This document shows positions 11,632 to 24,570 of a DNA stretch of 64,000 nucleotides, piece after piece; the first letter of the stretch is position 1, and each line of letters begins with the position of its first letter. The stretch comes from Torpedo marmorata (taxonomy: Eukaryota). The stretch lies in assembly GCA_977017645.1 (NCBI GenBank), contig OZ360245.1, positions 2,232,001 through 2,296,000 on the forward strand. Reading direction: 5' to 3'. Position numbers and translations under genes: made by a program. The notes under the pieces were generated by a model. It ran no database searches, had not been told where the DNA came from, and worked only from the letters and a program-made list of their open reading frames with translations.

Positions 11632-13262
11632 GATAGACAATAATAGACAATAGACAATAGGAGCTGGAGTAGGCCCTTCGGCCCGTCGAGCCAGCACCGC
11701 CATTTTACAGATCGTGGCTGATCACTACTATCAGTACCCCTTACCAGCCTTATCCCCATAACCCTTAAATCCTCTGCCCATTAGAGTCTTATCTAACTCT
11801 CTTTTGAACATAATCAGCGAATCTGCCTCTACCACCCTCTGTGGCAGAGCATTCCACAGATTCACACTTCTCTGGCTAAAGAAATTTTTTCTCATCTCCG
11901 TCCTAAAGGGCCTTCCCTGAATTCTTAAACTATGCCCTCTAGTCCTCGTCTCTCCCATCATTGGGAACAAGTAATCTGACTTCACCCTGTCTATCCCCTT
12001 GATAATTTTGTAAACCTCAATCATATCCCCCCTCATCCTCCTAAACTCCATCGAATATAAGTCCAGTTTTTCTAACCTTTCAGCATATGTCAACCCTGCC
12101 ATTCCTGGAACTAACCTTGTAAATCTGCGCTGCACACCCTCTATAGCTAGTATGTCCTTCCTCAAATTTGGAGACCAGAACTGGACGCAATACCCCAGGT
12201 GGGGTCTCACCAGGGCCCTGTACAACTGCAGAAGGGTGTCTCTGCTCCTATAGTCCAATCCCCTCTTTATGAAAGCCAACATGCCATTTGCCTTCTTCAC
12301 AGCTTTCTGTACCTGCATGTTAGCCTTCAGTGACTGGTGAACAAGTACACCCAGATCCATTTGCACTTCCCCACTCCCTAGCTTGTCACCATTTAGATAA
12401 TACTCTGCTTTCCTATTACTGCCCCCAAAATGGATAACCTCACATTTGCTCACATTGAACTTCATTTTCCATTCTTCAGCCCACTCCCCCAACCTGTCCA
12501 AGTCCCTCTGCATTTTCCTGACATCCTCTTCACACTTTACACCGCCACCCAGTTTAGTGTCATCTGCAAATTTACTCAAGTTATTAATAATCCCATCATC
12601 CAAATCATTTACATAAATGACAAACAACTGAGGACCCAACACCGATCCCTGCGGCACTCCACTCGTCACATCCTGCCATCCTGAAAAAGACCCGCTTACC
12701 CCAACCCTTTGTTTCCTATTTCTTAACCAATTTCCTATCCACGTCAGCACCTTACCATCAATACCATGCTCCCTGATCTTGCCCACTAGTCTCCCGTGCG
12801 GTACCTTATCAAAGGCCTTCTGGAAGTCCAAATACACCACATCCACTGGCTCTCCCAAGTCCACCCTCTTTGTCACATCTTCAAAAAATTCCAGAAGGTT
12901 AGTCAAGCATGACTTACCCTTAAGGAATCCATGCTGACTAGCCCTTATACTATTATTTCTTCCTAAGTGTTCTGCTATTACTCCTTTTATGATGGATTCC
13001 AATATCTTCCCCACCACTGACGTCAGGCTGACTGGTCTATAATTACCCGTTTTTTCCCTCCCTCCCTTCTTAAAAAGCGGCACCACATCAGCCACTCTCC
13101 AATCCACAGGTACCTCCCCCGAATCTATGGAGCTTTGGAAAATGTCGACCAGTGCCTCCACAATTTACAGAGCAACCTCTTTAAGCACCCTGGGATGCAG
13201 CCCATCAGGCCCTGGGGATTTATCAGCCCTCAGTCCCAACAATTTACTCTCAACCTCCTGCT
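11632..13262 (-). mobile_element. CR1 LINE, 5'-truncated, with a nearly intact reverse transcriptase region
   Basis: The 476-aa ORF 11731-13161 contains NYRPVSLTS, QHGF, YLDFQKAFDKV, GVPQGSVLGP and FADD. The frame continues upstream (KSPGPDGLHPRVLKE) past one stop at 13165. The 3' tail is (CTATTGT)n. Confidence 0.95.
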
Positions 13263-13739
13263 TCTGGATCATACGCTCCCTGACCCAGGGGTATCTCTGA
13301 CCTCCAGGAACAGCCGTCCCCCAGCACTGAGGGACCACCTTCATCACAGGCTGCAGGTGGGATGTGAGAGGTAGTGGCCAAGCCAGGGGCTCCCAGGATA
13401 AATCTCAGGTGTACTTTGGGAATGGACCCAGACCAGGAGTCTCTGAGTGCACTGGGGGGAGGGTCTGGGGGAGGGTCTGGGGGAAGGGGTCTCCCCAGGG
13501 TGCTGGGGGTGGGATCTCTCCGGGCATTGATGTGGAGGGGTCTCCCCGGGGTGATGGGTGGCGGAGGGATCTCCCTGGGCGTTGGTGTGCAGGGGTCTAT
13601 GCAGGGTGGTGGGCGAGGGAGATGTCTCCCTGGGGTGAGAGGGGCAGAGGGGTCTCCCCAGATTAGCAGGGGATAGGGGTGCAGTGTCTCCCCAATGTGG
13701 GGCATAGGGGTGCTAAGGGAGGGGTCTCCCCAGGTTGGG

Positions 13740-13950
13740 GTGGGGGAGCAGGGGGAGCCGTGTCCCCGGGGAGGGGGTGCAGGGGGAGCCGTGTCCCCGG
13801 GGAGGGGGTGCAGGGGGAGCCGTGTCCCCGGGGAGGGGGTGCAGGGGGAGCCGTGTCCCTGGGGAGGGGGTGCAGGGGGAGCCGTGTCCATGGGGAGGGG
13901 GTGCAGGGGGAGCCGTGTCCATGGGGAGGGGGTGCAGGGGGAGCCGTTGT
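13740..13950. repeat. G-rich minisatellite, ~31-bp unit GGGGAGGGGGTGCAGGGGGAGCCGTGTCCCC
   Basis: Tandem copies just inside intron 1. Confidence 0.88.
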
Positions 13951-14300
13951 CCCGGGACAGAAGGAGAAGCATGCGAGCCGAGCCGAGCCGTGGCCGGCAT
14001 TCCCCACCCCGCCGCTTACCCCAGCCACGCCTCCGCGGAACTTCATGCCGCTCCGTCCGGGACTCTGCACCGTGGGCTCGGCGATCCCCGCGGCCAGGCT
14101 CCGTCCCCGCGGCCAGGCTCCGTCCAGCTCCCCCGGTGCCGCCGGCACCGACCCGCTCTCGCTCCGCCGCTGCCTCTCCGGCCCCTGCCCCGCTCGCTCC
14201 GTCCTTCCTCCCCGACCCACCCTCTCCCCGCTGGAGCTCTTCCAAAACCAGGAGGAGCAACAAACACATCGGAGCACAGAACCAACCAGAGCAGGGAAAA
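13950..14300 (-). promoter_or_regulatory. CpG island / promoter and 5' UTR of the MYO1C first exon
   Basis: Unique, very CpG-dense sequence surrounding the ATG at 14046, flanked by a polypurine tract at 14300-14720. Confidence 0.7.
14020..14046 (-). CDS. MYO1C: Probable first coding exon of a nuclear-myosin-I-like (isoform B) MYO1C transcript, MKFRGGVAG
   Basis: gagcggcATG AAG TTC CGC GGA GGC GTG GCT GGG|gtaagc. Phase 0, in frame with exon 2, and inside a CpG island. MKFR resembles mammalian MRYR(AS). Confidence 0.72.
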
Positions 14301-14807
14301 CAGGATGGGGGGAGGCAGGGGGCAAGGGAGGAGTGGGGAGAGGGGAGAGGGGTGGGGAGAGAGGGCAAGAGAGGGGTGGGGAGAGCGGAGAGAGTGAGAT
14401 GGGTGGGGAAAGGGGAGGGGAGAAGGAGGGGTGGGGGAGAGAGGGAGGGGTGGGGAGAGAGGGAGGGGTGGGGAGAGGGCAGAGGGGGAGATGGGTGGGA
14501 AGAGGGGCGGGGAGAGAGGGGCGGGGGGAGAGGGAGGGGTGGGAGAGAGGGGCGGGGGGAGAGGGGAAGAGAGAAGAGGGATGGGGAGAGGGGAAGAGAG
14601 GAATGGGGAGGGAGAGGAGAGAGGGGGAGGGGAGGAAGGAAAGAAAACAGAGAGAGAATGTAGAGGGAGGGAGAGGAGGGTGTCAAAGGGCATGGAGGGG
14701 AAAAGGGGATGGGGACAGAGGAGAAAGGTAATGATCCTCTTTCATCGGGCAGAAGAGAGGAGTTTTTAAAAACCCTCAAAATTGAAGGAGAGTTGCTTTT
14801 CTGCCGC

Positions 14808-16537
14808 TGTCACACTTACCTTGGTAATGGTGATATCCCAGTCACACTTACCTTGGTAATGGTGATATCCCTGTCACACTTACCTTGGTAATGGTGATAT
14901 CCCAGTCACACTTACCTTAGTAATGGTGACATCCCTGTCACACTTACCTTGGTAATGGTGATATCCCTGTCACACTTACCTTGGTAATGGTGATATCCCG
15001 GTCACACTTACCTTGGTAATGGTGACATCCCTGTCACACTTACCTTGGTAATGGTGATATCCCTGTCACACTTACCTTGGTAATGGTGATATCCCTGTCA
15101 CACTTACCTTGGTAATGGTGATATCCCGGTCACACTTACCTTGGTAATGGTGACATCCCTGTCACACTTACCTTGGTAATGGTGATATCCCTGTCACACT
15201 TACCTTGGTAATGGTGATATCCCTGTCACACTTACCTTGGTAATGGTGATATCCCTGTCACACTTACCTTGGTAATGGTGACATCCCTGTCACACTTACC
15301 TTGGTAATGGTGATATCCCAGTCACACTTACCTTGGTAATGGTGACATCCCTGTCACACTTACCTTGGTAATGGTGATATCCCTGTCACACTTACCTTGG
15401 TAATGGTGACATCCCTGTCACACTTACCTTGGTAATGGTGATATCCCTGTCACACTTACCTTGGTAATGGTGATATCCCAGTCACACTTACCTTGGTAAT
15501 GGTGACATCCCTGTCACACTTACCTTGGTAATGGTGATATCCCTGTCACTCTTACCTTGGTAATGGTGATATCCCTGTCACACTTACCTTGGCAATGGTG
15601 ATATCCCTGTCACACTTACCTTGGTAATGGTGACATCCCTGTCACACTTACCTTGGTAATGGTGACATCCCGGTCACACTTACCTTGGTAATGGTGACAT
15701 CCCGGTCACACTTACCTCGGTAATGGTGATATCCCTGTCACACTTACCTCGGTAATGGTGACATCCCTGTCACACTTACCTCGGTAATGGTGACATCCCT
15801 GTCACACTTACCTCTGTAATGGTGACATCCCTGTCACACTTACCTCGGTAATGGTGACATCCCTGCCACACTTACCTTGGTAATGATGATAACCCTGTCA
15901 CACTTACCTTGGTAATGGTGATAACCATGTCACACTTACCTTGGTAATGGTGACATCCCTGTCACACTTACCTTGGTTATGGTGATATCCCAGTCACACT
16001 TACCTTGGTAATGGTGACATCCCTGTCACACTTACCTTGGTAATGGTGATATCCCTGTCACACTTACATTGGTAATGGTGATATCCCTGTCACACTTACC
16101 TTGGTAATGGTGATATCCCTATCACACTTACCTTGGTAATGGTGATAACCATGTCACACTTACCTTGGTAATGGTGACATCCCTGTCACACTTACCTTGG
16201 TAATGGTGATATCCCAGTCACACTTACCTTGGTAATGGTGACATCCCTGTCACACTTACCTTGGTAATGGTGATATCCCTGTCACACTTACATTGGTAAT
16301 GGTGATATCCCTGTCACACTTACCTTGGTAATGGTGATATCCCTATCACACTTACCTTGGTAATGGTGATATCCCTGTCACACTTACCTTGGTAATGGTG
16401 ATATCCCTGTCACACTTACCTTGGTAATGGTGATATCCCTGTCACACTTACCTTGGTAATGGTGATATCCCTGTCACACTTACCTTGGTAATGGTGATAT
16501 CCCTGTCACACTTACCTTGGTAATGGTGATATCCCTG
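14808..16537. repeat. Minisatellite, 32-bp unit GTCACACTTACCTTGGTAATGGTGA(T/C)ATCCCT, ~54 copies
   Basis: Period 32 (GTCAC at 14841 and 14873); highly homogeneous. Confidence 0.97.
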
Positions 16538-17459
16538 CACTGTATCATTGTACTTTTCTCCACATCCTGCACTTTTATTTCATTACTGCTCTAACTGCTG
16601 TAAGTGTGGTTTGACTTGCCTGGATTGCGCGTAAAACAGAGCCTTTCACTGTATCTTGGGCATCTGACATTAAACAACTCAATCCCTCCCTGGGGTCAAT
16701 CTATCTCAAATGCACATCTTCATTTTCACCCCGCCCTGCCTGCCACACATTCTCCGGATCTGCTCCCCTTGCCCATTAGCACCATCCATGGTCAGGAACG
16801 CTGCCTCTCTCACTGCTACCATTATCCACATCGTGGTCCTCGCTCCAACGCTACTTAGAGGTACGGCATATCCGTTACTATGCACCAGTGGGCCCACAGT
16901 TCTGCAACCCAGCAGCAACCTCCCCTCGTCCCTCCCTCCCTGCAACCCTCCCCGCATCCCTCCCTCCCCCACCTCCCTCCCCATCCCTCCCTCCCCATCC
17001 CTCCCTCCCCATCCCTCCCTCCCTCCCCGCATCTCTCCCTCCCTCCCCTTTCCTCTCTCCCTCCCTCCATTAACCACGTGCCGCTGCACTCTTCTATGTT
17101 CTCTGCCTGGACCAGACAGTCAGATAACTGTCCCCAGATAAACACAGGTCTCAATCAGTCCATTTCTCTGATGCTTCTCTCTCCACAGCTGCTGCCTGAC
17201 CTGTTGAGTGTTCCCAGCCCCTCTTGTTAAAGATTTCCAACGTCTGCTGTATTTTCTTCCTGTTTTCTTTGAATTGAGTGCGCTCAGCCATTGGAGGGTT
17301 GCCCGCCTCCACCGAGGGCAGCTTTTGCTTTGTTCAATACAGTCATTGTGTGAGGACTACCTCTTCACAGCTCTGCCCTCAGTACACGGATCAAAATGCC
17401 CCATGAGGTCTTGAGCAGACTGTCAGTAAACAGGTTATTGAAGAACAGGCCTCAGAACA

Positions 17460-17945
17460 GAGCGCAGACCACTTGACCCACCATGTCTGCACTGACCACC
17501 ATGCCAATCTCAACTAACTCCTGAACATAATCCATATCCCTCCCCTCCCTGCCTGTTCGTGTCTGTCTAAATGCTACCTATGCCTGCTCCACCACCTCCC
17601 CATGCAGCCGGTTCCAGGCACCCACCTCTCTCTGCATTAATAACTTGCCTGCACAACTCCTTTAAACTCCCCCCGCCCCTTTCACCTTAAATGAAGTTTC
17701 GACCTTGGGAAAAAGACTACCAATCTGTGGCTCTCATCATTTTATAAACCTATTAAGTAACCCCTGATACTCCAGAGAAAACAATCCAAGTTTGTCCAAT
17801 TTCTCCATTTTGCTAAAAAAAAAATCAGATCCAAGCTATATCCTGGTGAGCCTCTTCTGCACCCTCTCCAAAGCCTCCACATCCTTGCTGTGGTGTGACC
17901 AGAACTGCACACAGTACCCCAAACGCAACCTAACCGAAGTTCGGG
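17460..17945 (-). mobile_element. Degenerate CR1 3' fragment
   Basis: Reverse complement resembles the CR1 ORF2 C-terminus and 3' UTR seen in other copies in this window. Confidence 0.65.
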
Positions 17946-18477
17946 CACCTGCCTAAACTTTGCTCATACCTTGATGAAGGGCTCAAGCCCGAAATGTTGG
18001 TTATGTATCTTTATCTTTGCTGTATGAAGGACACCAGCATCGTGTTTTTACTTCAACCACCGTGTCTGCAAACTTTCGTGTTTTACTTCCATGGACTTTC
18101 CATGCTTCTCAGAGTCCATTTACAGTATGATTTTCTCTTACATTTGACCTCAGACATCCAGATGAACTCATCTGCCATCTCTCTTCCTCTACTTCCCACT
18201 GGCCTATATTCTGCTGCAGCCTTTGCCAAACTAGCTCACTATGCACGCTGTACCAGGAGGAGAGTGATATCTGAAAAAACACAACGCTGGGGAGACTCAG
18301 CAGGTCAAACAGTGTACTTTATGTAGCAAAGATAAAGATACATAACCAACGTTTCAGGCTTGAACCCTTCAAACAAGGTATGAACCTATCTGGCTGAGTC
18401 ACGCAGGGGTTCTCGCACCTGACCCTGGTCAGGTCTGGGTGCCAGTGTCATATGCACTGTCTGGTGGTCCCTGCGTG

Positions 18478-18752
18478 CAGGGCCGGCGCTACCATTTGGC
18501 CAACTAGGCAGCGGCCTAGGGCACAGACCTCAGAGGGTCGCTGTTGAAGAGAGATTCCAACAGCTCTGGCACCTCTGCGTCATGAATGACGTGGTTCTGA
18601 CTAACGCGCTATAAGCGGAGGGAGGAAGTGGTACGGCGCACGTCGAACGTCACATCAGGTATTGCACCCACCACTCAGCCCGGTCAGCACCCCACCCCCC
18701 CTCCCCGCGCTCAGCCCGGCCTAGGGCACAAAAAAGTCTGGCACCGGTTCTG
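18478..18752. mobile_element. Non-autonomous hAT-type DNA transposon (MITE), 275 bp
   Basis: Imperfect TIRs CAGGGCCGGCGCT / GGCACCGGTTCTG, internal repeated GCCTAGGGCACA, and an 8-bp TSD cctgcgtg (18470-18477) / cctgcttg (18753-18760). Confidence 0.72.
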
Positions 18753-19584
18753 CCTGCTTGCAGTTTGGATGTGGGTTAACCAGCTGATGGCAGACAGTGC
18801 CAAGCACTGGAAAACAGGTTGTGAATACCCACACTTTATTGTTTCCTTCCTTCAATCCCAGAAAAATATCCAATTGCCCTCAATACCACTTCATTGCCTG
18901 CATCAGGCAGCTCTGGGATAATTTACTGCAAGGATTCTATCAGCCAGAGTTTCTTCAACTTTAAACAACAACCATTTTCCCCCCACTCCTGCTCAGTGTT
19001 TCCAGCAATTTACATCATATTTCCAGCATCTGTAGTTACTTGATTTTCTTTATATCCATAGACAGAAGGCAGACATCAGTGGCAGTGACCATCCCAAATT
19101 GCCCCTGAACTGAGGTGACCGTTCAGAGTCAACCACATGGTGGCCTGTAGGCCAGATCAGGTGAGGGTAACATTCCTTCTCCCGAAGGACATCATTGGTG
19201 TTAGATGGAGTTTCATGACCATCCTAAGAATATTTTAAACCCCAGGTTCCAGTTTATTTAATTACACGGATTTAAATTCCAAGCGTGAGAAGCAATATTA
19301 CTGCTGATGCTGGAATCTTGGGTAAAGAAAGAGAAATTGTAGGAACTCCACAGATCGGGCAGCGTGCATGGAGAGAAATGGACAGTCGATGTTTTGGGTC
19401 AGGTTACAAGCTGGTCACTGGGTGTGTGAGGGCAGGTCATTCGCACCTTTCTCTGAATAAGCACCAGCACCACACTAGGATTTGGAGGTGTCCTGGCCTA
19501 TGCTGGATGCTGTCCTTGGGAGTTTTGGTACGGCTGGTTGTCGGATCAGTGAATGTTTGCAGTGTCTGGATCTTAGTGCCATCC

Positions 19585-19760
19585 TGGCCACTGGATCCAG
19601 TGCCTGGTCAGTGGTGCTGGCCTGGTCACTGGATCCAGTGCCTGGTCAGTGGTGCTGGCCTGGTCACTGGATCCAGTGCCTGGTCAGTGGTGCTGGCCTG
19701 GTCACTGGATCCAGTGCCTGGTCAGTGGTGCTGGCCTGGTCACTGGATCCAGTGCCTGGT
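19585..19760. repeat. Minisatellite, 38-bp unit containing the 14-bp palindrome CACTGGATCCAGTG
   Basis: About 4.5 copies, period 38. Confidence 0.9.
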
Positions 19761-20009
19761 CTGCATTGCTGTGCTGGTCACGGTGTATATGGATGGTGGT
19801 TCCCCAAGTGACCTGGCATCTTGCAGACCGTAGTGGTTGGCCAGCATTTGCTGTGAGAGTTATTTGTACAGAATGGAAAGACGTCCTGAACAGCTACCAG
19901 CAGGTTCCCAATCAAAATAATGAAGCAAAATGTGTGCTCTACGTTGGCCAGCTGCACAAGGTGAGGGGGAAGGAGTTCACCTTTCATCATTTTCACTCTT
20001 TGTGTGTGC

Positions 20010-20310
20010 AATAAGCAGCCTCTATCCTCAAAGACCCCCACCACCCAGGCCATGCCCTCTTCACTCTGCTTCCATTGGGAAAAAGGTACAGGAGCCTAAA
20101 GACGAGCACTCAACGGCACAAGGACAGCTTCTTCCCCGCTGCCATCAGATTCCTGAATAATCAATGAACCAAAGACACTGCCTTACTTTGACTTTTCGTG
20201 CACTATTTTTATTTATTTTGTAAGGTGGTTATATAAATGTTTGCACTGTGATGCTGCCACAAAACAATGAATTTTGTGACTTGTTCATGACAATAAATTC
20301 TGATTCCGAA
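20010..20310 (+). mobile_element. Rex/Babar-like LINE 3' end
   Basis: HHPGHALFTLLP.GKRYRSLKT...KDSFFPAAIRFLN remnant plus the tail tgacaataaattctgattc. Confidence 0.75.
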
Positions 20311-20974
20311 AACCTTCCACAAATCAATCTAAGTAAATCTGTTAATGTTCATACCTGTTCACCTGTTATTTACACACCTGATGTTCACAATCAAAGGAGG
20401 GGGTGCACTGGTCGACATGGGTCTGAGGAAACAAGGCCTCAGTCCATCACACCCCATTGTCCTCTAGAGGGCGGGGCAGACATTGGCAGCACTGAGCTGT
20501 AGACCTGGAAGCTGAAGCCCAGCGGAGGGCTGACCACTTCAGAAGGATGCTTCACTGGGGTTTCCAGACCTCCCCTCCCTCGACACCTCTGGACATTCAG
20601 AGCAAGGGGCTTCAAGATATGAGGTGAGAGGTTGTGTCACTGAGGCTCGAGGGCAGCTGTGATCATACTGGATGATGAAGGCGGCACGGGGGTCATGACC
20701 CACTCCAGAATTCCTACAAAGGCAATTGCCGACAAGACAACGTTTAACTTTCAAACAGCAAATGACAAGCTGAGTCACCAGTGGCGGTGTGGTCCAGAGA
20801 CTGCTGACTCACTGACACTGGCAGTCCTGTCCATGCCAGTAGTCCAGACAATGGGCCTCTCATACCCACTGCTGATCACAGACCTCTCCCTCTCATCACG
20901 CCTGCGCAGAACCTCATACCAGTCAATCGTGACGGCAACAGTACAGAGATAACAGTGGATACACAGATTGACAG

Positions 20975-23198
20975 CACAGTGAGCAGTCAGGGACAATGGG
21001 ACTGGAATACACACACATACATATGCACACGCACGCACAGTGAACAGTCAGGGACACTGAGACACACACACAGTGAACAGTCAGGGACACTGAGACACAC
21101 ACACACGCACAGTGAACAGTCAGGGACACTGAGACACACACACAGTGAACAGTCAGGGACACTGAGACACACACACAGTGAATAGTCAGGGACACAGACA
21201 CACACACACACAGTGAACAGTCAGGGACACTGAGACACACACACAGTGAATAGTCAGGGACACAGACACACACACACACACAGTGAACAGTCAGGGACAC
21301 AGACACACACACACAGTGAACAGTCAGGACACTGAGACACACACACAGTGAACAGTCAGGGACACTGAGACACACACACACAGTGAACAGTCAGGGACAC
21401 TGAGACACACACACACACACAGAACAGTCAGGGACAATGAGACACACACACACACACACACAGTGAACAGTCAGGGACACAGACACACACACACACACAG
21501 TGAACAGTCAGGGACACTGAGACACACACACACACAGTGAACAGTCAGGGACACTGAGACACACACACACAGTGAACAGTCAGGGACACTGAGACACACA
21601 CACAGTGAATAGTCAGGGACACTGAGACACACACACACAGTGAACAGTCAGGGACACTGAGACACACACACAGTGAACAGTCAGGGACAATGAGACACAC
21701 ACACACAGTGAACAGTCAGGGACACTGAGACACACACACAGTGAACAGTCAGGGACACTGAGACACACACACACACAGTGAACAGTCAGGACATTGAGAC
21801 ACACACAGTGAACAGTCAGGACATTGAGACACACACACACACACACACAGTGAACAGTCAGGACACAGAGACACACACACACAGTGAACAGTCAGGACAC
21901 TGAGACACACACACACAGTGAACAGTCAGGACACTGAGACAAACACACACACACAGTGAACAGTCAGGGACAATGGGACTGGAATACACACACATACATA
22001 TGCACACGCACGCACAGTGAACAGTCAGGTACACTGAGACACACACACAGTGAACAGTCAGGGACACTGAGACACACACACACACAGTGAACAGTCAGGG
22101 ACACTGAGACACACATACAGTGAACAGTCAGGGACACTGAGACACACACACAGTGAACAGTCAGGGATACTGAGACACACACACACAGTGAACAGTCAGG
22201 GACACTGAGACACACACACACAGTGAACAGTCAGGGACACACACACAGTGAACAGTCAGGGACACTGAGACACACACACACAGTGAACAGTCAGGGACAC
22301 TGAGACGCACACACACAGTGAACAGCCAGGACACTGAGACACACACACAGTGAACAGTCAGGGACACTGAGACGCACACACACAGTGAACAGTCAGGGAC
22401 ACTGAGACACACACACAGTAAACAGTCAGGGACACTGAGACACACACACAGTGAACAGTCAGGGACACTGAGACACACACACACAGTGAACAGTCAGGGA
22501 CACTGATACACACACACAGTGAACAGTCAGGGACACTGAGACACACACAGTGAACAGTCAGGGACACTGAGACACACACACACAGTGAACAGTCAGGGAC
22601 ACTAAGACACACACACACAGTGAACAGTCAGGGACACTGAGACACACACACACAGTGAACAGTCAGGGACACTGAGACACACACAGTGAACAGTCAGGGA
22701 CACTGAGACACACACACACAGTGAACAGTCAGGGACACTGAGACACACACAGTGAACAGTCAGGGACACTGAGACACACACACACAGTGAACAGTCAGGG
22801 ACACTGAGACACACACACAGTGAACAGTCAGGGACACTGAGACACACACACACAGTGAACAGTCAGGGACACTGAGACACACACACAGTGAACAGTCAGG
22901 GACACTAAGACACACACACACGCACAGTGAACAGTCAGGGACACTGAGACACACACACAGTGAACAGTCAGGGACACTGAGACACACACAGTGAACAGTC
23001 AGGGACACTGAGACACACACACAGTAAACAGTCAGGGACACTGAGACACACACACAGTGAACAGTCAGGGACACTGAGACACACACACACAGTGAACAGT
23101 CAGGGACACTGAGACACACACACAGTGAACAGTCAGGGACACTAAGACACACACACACGCACAGTGAACAGTCAGGGACACTGAGACACACCCACACA
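20975..23198. repeat. Compound minisatellite CACAGTGAACAGTCAGGGACACTGAGA(CA)n
   Basis: Roughly 60 units with variable CA length. A variant unit (GGGACAATGGGACTGGAATAC) occurs at ~20990 and ~21967. Confidence 0.95.
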
Positions 23199-23769
23199 CA
23201 AAGACACTATTTGCCAGAATATCCAACAAAATCAGTACATTCCCAAACTTTTTACAGCCAGGATTTGCAACAGAGGGAACACGGTGGGGGGGGGGGGGGG
23301 GGGGTCCTGCCCAGAAATTGCCGCAATGTGCTTGGTAAAATACCCCTTCCCTCCTCAACATCCGAGTACAGACAGGTCTCAATTTACAATGCTGATATAG
23401 TGCCATCAATGACAACATGACACCCTCCCATGGTACTGCCCCACCCACAGTGTGACCTTAGGGGGAACTTCTTCATGCAGAGAGGGTGGAACGAGCTGCC
23501 AGCTAAACTGGTGAATGTGGGCTCAATTTCAACATTTAAGAAAAATTTGGAGAGGTGCATGGATGGGAGGGGTATGGAGCAATGTGGTCCAGGTGCAGGT
23601 CAGTGGGACTCGGCAGAATAATAGTTCAGCATGGACTAGATGGGCTGAAGGGCCTGTTTCTGTGTTGTAATGTTCTATGGATATTTCCTGCCCTCTCCTC
23701 TCCCTATTCTTCTCCCTCCTTTTATCCTTTCGCCCACTGTCGCTCCACACCATCCCTCCTTCTTCCTCC

Positions 23770-24570
23770 GCTCCAGCTCGCACTCAATGTCACCAAAACC
23801 AAGGAGCTGATTGTTGACTTCAGGAAGGGAAAGCCAGAGGTGTACAATCCAGTGATTGGGGGATCAGAGGTGGAGAGGGTGAGCAAATTTAGGTTCTTGG
23901 GAGTCACTATCTCGGAGAATCTTTCCTGTATCCAACACACCAATGGCATCGTGAAGAAAGCACGTCAGCGCCTCTACTTCCTCAGGAGTTTGCGGAGGTT
24001 TGGTATGACATCAGAAACCCTGGCAAATTTCTACAGATGTGTGGTGGAAAGTGTGCTGACCGGCTGTATCACAGTCTGGTATGGGGACACTAATACCCCT
24101 GAGTGTAAAGTCCTGCAAAAGATAGTGGACACAGCCCAGGACATCACAGGTAAAACCCTCCCCACCATCGAGAATATCTACAGGGAACGCTGCCGTCGGA
24201 GAGCAGCAGCAATCATCAAGGATCCACACCACCCAGCACACGCTCTGTTCTCGCTGCTGCCATCAGGAAAGAGGTATAGGTGCCTCAAGACTCGCACCAC
24301 CAGGTTCAGGAACAGCTGCTACCCCTCCACCATCAGAATCCTCAACGACAAACTCAATCAGGGACTCATTTAAGGACTCTTGTGCACTTTATTGATTTTT
24401 TTTATTATCGCACAGTTTGTTTACATTCGTTATCTGTTCTTTATTTGTTTACGTTGTGTACAGTTTTTTTTTGCACGACCAATAAGTGGTAATTCTGCCT
24501 GGCCCGCAGGAAAAAGAATGTCAGGGTTGTATGTGATGTTATGTATGAACTCTGACAATAAATCTGCATC
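23770..24570 (+). mobile_element. Rex/Babar-like LINE 3' portion
   Basis: LALNVTKTKELIVDFRK...KFLGVTIS...KKARQRLYFLRSLRRF...IKDPHHPAHALFSLLPSGKRYR is open to the stop at 24373, followed by a 3' UTR. Confidence 0.88.

Noticed and set aside
11731-13161. Domesticated or active reverse transcriptase gene
   Set aside because: It is an ordinary 5'-truncated CR1 lacking the endonuclease and promoter, with an upstream in-frame stop. The open frame reflects recent insertion.
13250-14779. Long ORFs of 509, 350 and 322 aa
   Set aside because: They are low-complexity Pro/Gly translations of GC-rich repeats and the CpG island, with no recognisable domain.
14808-16537. CRISPR-like appearance of the 32-bp, 47-bp and 52-bp arrays
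   Set aside because: The units are contiguous with no unique spacers, there are no cas genes, and the context is eukaryotic.
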